Positions 57,999-64,000 of a DNA stretch of 64,000 bases are shown one piece after another; the first letter of the stretch is position 1, and each line of letters opens with the position of its first letter. The notes beneath the pieces were generated by a model that did no database searches, had not been told where the DNA came from, and saw nothing but the letters and a program-made list of their open reading frames with translations. The stretch is taken from assembly GCA_963805925.1 (NCBI GenBank), contig CAWDWB010000010.1:212527-276526 (forward strand), given 5' to 3'. A program made the translations under genes and the position numbers. The DNA is from an uncultured Acidobacteriota bacterium. Its GTDB lineage: Bacteria; Acidobacteriota; Terriglobia; Bryobacterales; UBA6623.

Positions 57999-58589
57999 TC
58001 AGGCAATTAGTCTTTGCCCTTGGTGGCGCGCGGGCAGTCGAGGAACCACCGAGGTTCTCGCCCGTGCTGCCGGCACGCGGCACGGCTTTACCGGTTCGGA
58101 ACGGATCCGATTGAAGTAGTCGTACAGCGGGTAAAGCGCATAGGGTTGGATCGAGACGAATGCCCGACCTAGCCGAGTCTCGATCCGCTGAACAGCTTTC
58201 TTGGCGGCCAGGGTTGAGATGCCCAGCCTCTTGGCGCACATCGCCTCGCTCGCTCCGAGGATGTGATGGAAGCGGAAGAGTCGATGTTCCGCCCTACTGA
58301 GGCTGCGGCGAGCAACCAACTCGAAGTCAGCCATGTACTCTTCGCGCTTTAACCCCCACGTACCGCGATTGCTGCGGCCTGAAGGCGATCGATCAAAACT
58401 GACTCTGCTCAGCGCGCGTCCGTCGCTGACACAATCCCGAAACCGCGCGTAACAGGCGCGAAATATTCCATTCAGAGAGCAGTTGCAAGGCTGAACCGCT
58501 CTTTGGTTTGACGGCGTACAACCTGCTCCTTTGCAGAGCGGGCAGTTGGACCTCGCCAAGAATTCGAGGTCCCGTTTGTTCCAATCCAT
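57999..58589 (-). CDS. hypothetical Cys-rich (zinc-ribbon-like) protein with sigma-70 region-4-like HTH
   Basis: 196 aa. N-terminal CPLCKGAGC...CNC, and a central LSRAEHRLFRFHHILGASEAMCAKRLGISTLAAKKAVQRIETRL (region 4.2-like). The basic C-terminal tail looks poorly protein-like. Confidence 0.45.
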   Translation of the reverse strand: MDWNKRDLEFLARSNCPLCKGAGCTPSNQRAVQPCNCSLNGIFRACYARFRDCVSDGRALSRVSFDRSPSGRSNRGTWGLKREEYMADFELVARRSLSRAEHRLFRFHHILGASEAMCAKRLGISTLAAKKAVQRIETRLGRAFVSIQPYALYPLYDYFNRIRSEPVKPCRVPAARARTSVVPRLPARHQGQRLIA

Positions 58590-58864
58590 TTCCCATCCTT
58601 CCTTAGGGCCCGTATTGCCAGGCGTGCAGTCGGGCCTCTGCTGTGCGTCAAGACTGCTTCAAGCGCAGCGGAAGTTCAACCGGAAAATGCAAGTGTTGTT
58701 TAAACCGCGATCTCGATGAAATGCCCTCGATCGCCGGAATCGAGGATAACTCCGGCAGGATCAATGAGTCACGGGCGTTCGGTTGACCGCAGCGCTGCTG
58801 CCAAGAATTATGATTGATAATGCGAATCTTTCGAAAATATCTATTACCTATTTCAAAATGAAAT
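58590..58864. promoter_or_regulatory. divergent promoter/operator region
   Basis: The AT-rich part (58800-58864) contains the imperfect palindrome ATTATGATTGATAAT (58807-58821). Competing hairpins are CCTCGAT/ATCGAGG (58725-58745) and GCCGGA/TCCGGC (58733-58756). Confidence 0.35.
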
Positions 58865-59533
58865 ATGCCTGCGGACGACTTCCATCAGCTCTTCGAAGCC
58901 TTGCTGCGTCACGTCCGCCAGCTTATCCAACGAGGCGAGGTTTCGGAACGCGGCCTGGCGAGGCTCATCGGTTACTCGCAGCCCCATGTACACAATGTCT
59001 TAGCCGGGGTTCGGCACATGAACATTCGTTTCGCTGACGACTTGCTCGGCGGCTTGGGTCTTTCGCTCCAAGACCTGTCACCGAGCATGAGCCGGCTGGC
59101 CCCGTTGAGTCATATTCCGGTCCCGCTTTGTCCGGGAGAAATCAGTCCAAATCGCGAATATCCGAGAGAAAATGGCGTGGCGACGGCGATTCTGGCGCCG
59201 GCTGCCGCCGTGTCTGCCTCGGCCAACTGCTTGGCCTTCCGCGTCGGCGCGGATGAGAATTCGATGTGGCCGACCGTCTGGCCTGGCGATACGATTGTGG
59301 TCGATTCGGCGCTACGCGACCGCCGGCATCCCGATGTGCGGGCGATCTACATTCTGCGGATCAACGGTCGCGGTTTTGTCCGGCGTTGCCGCAAGGTGGG
59401 CGATCGCTTGCTGATCCTCTCCGATCAGGAATCGCCGTCTGGGCCGCCGGTGACCTGGGTTTCCTTGGAAACCCGCAAGATATTGGACGTCGTGCGCGGG
59501 CGAATCGTCTGGATCGGCCGGGGCTTGGCTTAG
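58865..59533 (+). CDS. CI/LexA-like repressor: XRE-type HTH plus S24 peptidase domain
   Basis: 222 aa. N-terminal HTH (SERGLARLIGYSQPHVHNVLAGVRHM). C-terminal S24 domain (ENSMWPTVWPGDTIVVDS...FVRRCRKVGDRLLILSD) with candidate Ser/Lys dyad residues. Confidence 0.75.
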   Translation: MPADDFHQLFEALLRHVRQLIQRGEVSERGLARLIGYSQPHVHNVLAGVRHMNIRFADDLLGGLGLSLQDLSPSMSRLAPLSHIPVPLCPGEISPNREYPRENGVATAILAPAAAVSASANCLAFRVGADENSMWPTVWPGDTIVVDSALRDRRHPDVRAIYILRINGRGFVRRCRKVGDRLLILSDQESPSGPPVTWVSLETRKILDVVRGRIVWIGRGLA

Positions 59534-60814
59534 CTACTCGTCGTCCGCTGCGCCTGCCGCAACCGCGGTGGCCCGCACAATGTCGAAGCCAGCGGGCTTC
59601 TGGTAAGCCCGCAACTCGAACAGGGGCAATACAGCGAACAGATGATCGAAGATGTCGCCTTGGATGCCCTCGTACTGCACCCAACGCTGGTCGGAGCTGA
59701 AGACGTAGATCTCCAACGGCAAGCCTTCGGAGGTCGGCTGCAACTGGCGCACTAGGAAGGTCATGTCCTTGTTGATGACTGGGTTGTGGCGCAGATACTC
59801 CGCCGCGTACTGCCGGAACAACCCGATGTTGGTCATACGCCTGCCGTTCGCCAAGCAATCGTCGGCCTGGCCAAAGCTGCTGTTGGCTTCGGCGATCTCC
59901 TTCGAGCGCTGCTCAATAAAGGGTCCTAGCCGTCGAATCTTCTTCAGCCTTTCGACCAACTCCGGCGGACAGAACTTGATGCTGGAAATGTCGATAAATA
60001 ACGAACGCTTAATGCGTCGGCCGCCCGACTCGCTCATGCCGCGCCAGTTCTTGAACGAATCAGAGATCAGCGCGTAGGTCGGAATCGTGGTGACGGTCTT
60101 GTCCCAATTTCGGATCTTGACGACGTTCAGCGTGATCTCTTCGACGTCGCCATCAGCCCCGTATTTGGGCATCTCGAGCCAATCGCCGGGACGCACCATG
60201 TCGTTGGCCACCAGTTGAATGCCCGCCACCAGTCCGAGGATGGTGTCCTTGAAGACCAACAGCAGGATCGCGGTCATTGCGCCAAGACCGCTGAGCAGCA
60301 ACAGCGGCGACTGCTGGATCCAGATGGAGATGCCGACAATCACCGCGGCCAACGTGACAATCAGCTTGACGACTTGCAGATACCCGAGAATCGGGATGCG
60401 TCGAGCCACCTCGAAGCGCTGGTAGATCTCGTTCGCCGCGTTGAGCGCCGAGTTCAGCGCCAACACGCCGACGAGCATCATGTAGATCAACGCCCCGCGC
60501 TGTGCGTAATCCGCGACACGCGGCAACTCGAAGGCCGCCGGCGCGAGGCTGTAGATGACGATCGCCGGGGCCAGCTGCGCCAGTCGGTGAAAGGTCCTAT
60601 GGGCGACCAACACGTCGTCCCAGTCCGTAGACGTGCGTTCAGCCAAACGGGCGACAATCGTCAGCAGGATCTTCTTGACGATGAAATTGGCAATGATCGC
60701 GATGGTGAGGACGACGATCACTTGAGCCGAATCGACGGCGACGGCTGCAGCGTAATCGGTGAGGCCGAGCCCTGTGAACCAGCGAAGCAGAATGTCGGTG
60801 TAAGTAGATTGCAT
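59534..60814 (-). CDS. MscS-family mechanosensitive channel (YbdG/miniconductance type)
   Basis: 426 aa. N-terminal TM helices, the pore helix plus beta domain (LLVFKDTILGLVAGIQLVANDMVRPGDWLEMP...GDVEEITLNVVKIRNWDKT). Confidence 0.88.
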   Translation of the reverse strand: MQSTYTDILLRWFTGLGLTDYAAAVAVDSAQVIVVLTIAIIANFIVKKILLTIVARLAERTSTDWDDVLVAHRTFHRLAQLAPAIVIYSLAPAAFELPRVADYAQRGALIYMMLVGVLALNSALNAANEIYQRFEVARRIPILGYLQVVKLIVTLAAVIVGISIWIQQSPLLLLSGLGAMTAILLLVFKDTILGLVAGIQLVANDMVRPGDWLEMPKYGADGDVEEITLNVVKIRNWDKTVTTIPTYALISDSFKNWRGMSESGGRRIKRSLFIDISSIKFCPPELVERLKKIRRLGPFIEQRSKEIAEANSSFGQADDCLANGRRMTNIGLFRQYAAEYLRHNPVINKDMTFLVRQLQPTSEGLPLEIYVFSSDQRWVQYEGIQGDIFDHLFAVLPLFELRAYQKPAGFDIVRATAVAAGAADDE

Positions 60815-60832
60815 AACGGGCGAAGAGAATCT

Positions 60833-63046
60833 TTAGGGCCGCACGACCAGCTCCTTGGCCAGGCCGGCGTTACCTGCTCGATCTCTGACCCGGAAGGTCA
60901 CCAGGTGCTCTCCGCTGGGGAGCTCTTCAGTAGAAACAGTAAACCTTTCCGTCTGGCTGTCGGCCACGCCGTCGTCTGAGCGCAGCGGAATCCATTCCCC
61001 GGCATCGACCGAGTAGTGTGCCGAAACAACGGGCGAAGCTTGGTCCGCGGCTGAAAACCGCGTCATAGCCGCCGTTGAACTGGAGATCTGAATCGTCGGC
61101 GGCGTGTGATCAATCAGCACCAACGACGAGACGCGCTCGGAGGATCTGGCGGTATCACCGGGGTTGTCCTTGCGGTCGGATACGGTCACGCGGAAGCGGT
61201 ATCGGCCATCGGCCAAGGCTTCGCTAGGCAGGGTGATCTGCGACTCGGCGATGTCGTCTTTGGCCAACTTCCAGCGCGTCTCGCCTTCGCCGCGAAACTC
61301 CACCTTGGTCAGCAAGTCGTCGCCATCCAAATCGGAAGCTTGCCAGGACACGCGCAGCTGTTCGCCGCCGCCGCCCGAGGCTGTTGATGAGTCCGAATTT
61401 ACCGCCGAAGAGCCCGAAGAGGAGCCGTCCGCCGTCACTGTGAACGTGTAGGGGCTCGACGGAGTCGAAGACGAAGCTGAAGATGATTGCCCCGCCGTGG
61501 AAGACTCCGCCGAAACGGTCACCGACGAGATCGCCGGTTTGGCGTTCGCGGGTAGATACGCCACACGCACTGTGTCAAGGGTTTGGTCCGGCGCGGAAAA
61601 GTCAGCGGCCCACTGCAGGTAGCGCGCCGCCGGGGAGGCAATCGCCCCATCCGTCACCGCGGACCATGCGCTCCAGGTCTTATCGGGCCGGGCCGTGTTG
61701 CCGCTGCGGGTTTGGATCTTCACGTCACCCATGGTGCGGGACTCTAAACGCCCCCAAGTCGAGATCGCCGTGGCATCGAATGGCGCGGTCTCGTAGCGGC
61801 CGGACGCCGCTCGCTCCGCCGCCATCAACCGCGTCGGGCTGCCATGCGCCGAGGTCATCACCAGGCCGCGTGAACTCGGCGTCAGCGAGGTGATCTGCTG
61901 CTCGTCGGTCTGCGCCAGCAAGACGGCGTCGCCTTGCGTATTCACGCGATAGAGCCGGCCCATGCTGTCGGTGGCGATTAGCGCGGTATTGCCGTCCTCC
62001 AGCGTCATCGCCAGAATATTTTCTTCGGTCGAAGTCCAAAGCGTTTCCGCCCGTTCACCCGGACGTAACAGGATGAGCGCCGCGGTCTCGACCCCGTAAT
62101 TGATGGTCGGCTTCGATGAGATGGTCGGCATGGATTGCGACGGGGCTGTCGTGGGCGAAGGCTGCACACTTTCCGCAGATCCGGAACCCGAGGCCGTGGC
62201 CGTCACGGTAATCGTCGTTGTTGCCGCGGCGGCCTGCGAAACCGACTGGGTCATGTTGTCCGAGAGCGAAATCGCTCCGCCCATTGCCGCCAAGTAGATT
62301 GAGCCGTCCGACGCCGCTTGGATGTTGCGAATCTCGGGCAGGGTCGAGTCGTAGAGCGCGAAGGCGTGATCCTTGCCGTCAATCCGGTAGAGCGTTCCGC
62401 TCGGGTCCGCCGCCGCTAACAGACGGCCTTCGGCGTCCAACGCCAGAGCCGTGATGTGCCGCTGCTCGGTATCGAACCAAAGCTCACCCTTCCCGTCCGC
62501 TGTCACTCGGTAGATCCGGCCGGATGGTCCCGTGCCGACATACAGCGCGTCGGGTCCGCCGAAGCCGCCGCTACCCGAAACAGGGCCGAACTGGAGTTGC
62601 CAAATGTACTCCTGTCCTGGATCGAAAAATTCCGTGGCCGTGCCGTCGGGCGTAATCCGGTAGACCTTGCCCGAAGGCGACGTCCCGGCGTAAACGTCCC
62701 CGTTCGGGGCCGTCGCCAAGGCAAAAATTTCGATCTGCGGCGCGGTCCACAGCAGCTTGGCTTCACCCGTTGGGGGAATCTGGTACAGGCGCCCTTGGTG
62801 TCCCGTGCCGAGATAGATGGAGCCGTCGGCGGCGCTAGCGGAGGTCCAAACCACGGCGGCGTCCGATGTGTAGAGCTCGGCAACCCGCGGAGCCAGGCTT
62901 AACAGGCCTTCTTGAGTCACCGAAACGCTCTGCAGCGTTCCTGGAAGAAAGCTCTCGTAATCGCTGATATCCCAGGACTTAACCGATGAAGAAAAAGCTG
63001 CCGTGGCGGTCAGAGCGGCCGCCAGCGCCAAGCGTGTCCAAGTCAT
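60833..63046 (-). CDS. secreted beta-propeller protein with Ser/Thr-rich linkers and C-terminal Ig-like (Y_Y_Y-like) domains
   Basis: 737 aa with a signal peptide. Repeated blades (GSIYLGTGHQGRLYQI, GDVYAGTSPSGKVYRI, ALYVGTGPSGRIYRV, GRLLAAADPSGTLYRI). The C-terminal part has DGRYRFRVTVSD and GEHLVTFRVRD. Confidence 0.55.
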   Translation of the reverse strand: MTWTRLALAAALTATAAFSSSVKSWDISDYESFLPGTLQSVSVTQEGLLSLAPRVAELYTSDAAVVWTSASAADGSIYLGTGHQGRLYQIPPTGEAKLLWTAPQIEIFALATAPNGDVYAGTSPSGKVYRITPDGTATEFFDPGQEYIWQLQFGPVSGSGGFGGPDALYVGTGPSGRIYRVTADGKGELWFDTEQRHITALALDAEGRLLAAADPSGTLYRIDGKDHAFALYDSTLPEIRNIQAASDGSIYLAAMGGAISLSDNMTQSVSQAAAATTTITVTATASGSGSAESVQPSPTTAPSQSMPTISSKPTINYGVETAALILLRPGERAETLWTSTEENILAMTLEDGNTALIATDSMGRLYRVNTQGDAVLLAQTDEQQITSLTPSSRGLVMTSAHGSPTRLMAAERAASGRYETAPFDATAISTWGRLESRTMGDVKIQTRSGNTARPDKTWSAWSAVTDGAIASPAARYLQWAADFSAPDQTLDTVRVAYLPANAKPAISSVTVSAESSTAGQSSSASSSTPSSPYTFTVTADGSSSGSSAVNSDSSTASGGGGEQLRVSWQASDLDGDDLLTKVEFRGEGETRWKLAKDDIAESQITLPSEALADGRYRFRVTVSDRKDNPGDTARSSERVSSLVLIDHTPPTIQISSSTAAMTRFSAADQASPVVSAHYSVDAGEWIPLRSDDGVADSQTERFTVSTEELPSGEHLVTFRVRDRAGNAGLAKELVVRP

Positions 63047-64000
63047 TCGGAGATCGTTACCTCGATGGTCTTCTGGCCTTCAATCACGGCGTCATAGGAT
63101 GCGACAACGCTCTCGTAGAGCGTTGTGGTGGCCTCGGGAGAGGCGCCCCCGGCCGCTCCTCGCGGCGTATCCAGGATAGCCCGTAGCGATGCCGGCGGAG
63201 AGGACAGCCGCGCCGTTTCGACGCGCAGGCCGCGCTGCGGCCGCCATACCCGCAGATAGAGCTGGTCGGCCTGGCGCAAAGAATTCAGCGATTCGACCAC
63301 CCGGGCAGGGTTCAGCTTGCTCGCCTCTAACAACAGCGGGATGTCGAGCATGTTCAACGCCGAGCCGTCCGACAAGGTTACTTGCAGCGGCCCGGGCGCG
63401 GTCGAGAACGGCGCTTGCCAGGAGATATGCTCCAGCTTCTCGGCGCCGTCGGGCAGCCGCAAGACGGCGTTCAATTGCAGCGTTTCGCCGGGTTTGATGC
63501 GCTCTTTCTCGGCCCAGGCGCGCACGATGGTCGCCCGGCGGTCTTCCTGCCGTACGGAGATCTTCAGGTCAATCGACTCGACCTCGGGGGAATCTGGGCC
63601 GGCCTGCATCAGGAACCCCAACGTCGCCGCCATGTTCAACGCGGCGATTTGTCCCACCGACGAGGGACCGGCGAACAGCCCGTCGAGGCTGAGCGGCGGC
63701 AGGCCCTTCAGCGCTGCTTGGCCCTCAAAGCGAATCGTCAACGCCCCTACCTGCCGCTCGGTCGCGTCGATGGCGCTAAATGAGGCCATCTGCACGAGAA
63801 AGGGCGTCATCGCCGGGTTATCGACGATTTCCAAGTTGTAGGCCAGCTCGGTCCCTTCCGAATCCACGCGAATGCGGAACGGCGTCAGTTCCGGCGACTC
63901 ACCCAGCGTGCCGATGATGCCCGTGGAGCGGTCCATGTCGATGCTGCCGACCACTCCGCCCGAGCCCGCCAACTTGAACGAGTTCTGCAGGCTGGCGACC
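63043..64000 (-). CDS. hypothetical protein, C-terminal part (N-terminus beyond window end)
   Basis: The reading frame is open from the window end (...LQNSFKLAGSGGVVGSIDMDRSTGIIGTLG...). Its stop overlaps the downstream start by 4 nt. The resemblance to S55/SpoIVB-like peptidase C-terminal regions is only a guess. Confidence 0.5.
   Translation of the reverse strand, partial: VASLQNSFKLAGSGGVVGSIDMDRSTGIIGTLGESPELTPFRIRVDSEGTELAYNLEIVDNPAMTPFLVQMASFSAIDATERQVGALTIRFEGQAALKGLPPLSLDGLFAGPSSVGQIAALNMAATLGFLMQAGPDSPEVESIDLKISVRQEDRRATIVRAWAEKERIKPGETLQLNAVLRLPDGAEKLEHISWQAPFSTAPGPLQVTLSDGSALNMLDIPLLLEASKLNPARVVESLNSLRQADQLYLRVWRPQRGLRVETARLSSPPASLRAILDTPRGAAGGASPEATTTLYESVVASYDAVIEGQKTIEVTISE

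Noticed and set aside
1-64000. Scan for CRISPR arrays, tRNA/rRNA genes, IS elements, integrases, reverse transcriptases and long direct or inverted repeats
   Set aside because: None were recognised by eye. The only paralogous repeat I found is the NYN gene pair. A computational repeat and tRNA scan (tRNAscan-SE, a CRISPR finder, self-dotplot) would be needed to exclude short or degenerate elements.

Overview
High-GC, densely coding bacterial chromosome segment. By eye I found no rRNA, tRNA, CRISPR array, transposase or integrase. The gene content suggests an Acidobacteriota (Solibacter/Bryobacter-like) genome, which is an inference: a Solibacter-type C-terminal domain protein, an acidobacterial VWFA-type protein, a DUF1592/DUF1552 pair, and GT-C/TPR membrane proteins.

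Gene order:
- 1-3.2 kb: partial acyl-CoA oxidase-like gene, dGTPase-like gene, YfgM-like gene.
- 3.4-9.2 kb (+ strand): GAF histidine kinase, NarL-type regulator, feoA, feoB, a lipoprotein, fliW, csrA.
- 9.2-20.3 kb (- strand run): GT-C/TPR membrane protein, kdsC, a GluR0-type ligand-gated K+ channel, comEA-like, uvrB, M1 peptidase, glgC, ABC ATPase, LytTR regulator.
- 20.5-24 kb: D2-only Clp-like AAA+ gene (frameshifted), folP-like, TVP38/DedA, rsmE.
- 24.1-29.3 kb: GMC oxidoreductase plus a succinate dehydrogenase/fumarate reductase operon.
- 29.4-38 kb: GT-C membrane protein, CehA-like hydrolase (frameshifted), a 560-nt gene-free gap with a terminator and competing pairings, a beta-lactamase-like hydrolase (two frameshifts), secreted proteins.
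- 38.3-43.3 kb: DUF3999-like/DUF2339-like membrane pair.
- 43.5-48.5 kb: every gene except yggX is frame-broken (FMN reductase, SDR, BNR/sialidase-like, two tandem NYN-domain paralogues, CE15-like esterase).
- 49.6-57.9 kb: asnB, VWA, DUF192, DUF1592-type/DUF1552 pair.
- 58-59.5 kb: divergent CI-like XRE-S24 repressor and a Zn-ribbon/sigma-region-4-like gene around an AT-rich spacer.
- 59.5-64 kb: MscS channel, beta-propeller/Ig protein, partial gene.

The most unusual items are the decayed, translationally coupled NYN pair, the orphan repressor/activator-like module, the candidate structured leader at 33.1-33.3 kb, and the clustering of frameshifts. All family names come from motif recognition by eye. 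No database search was run.
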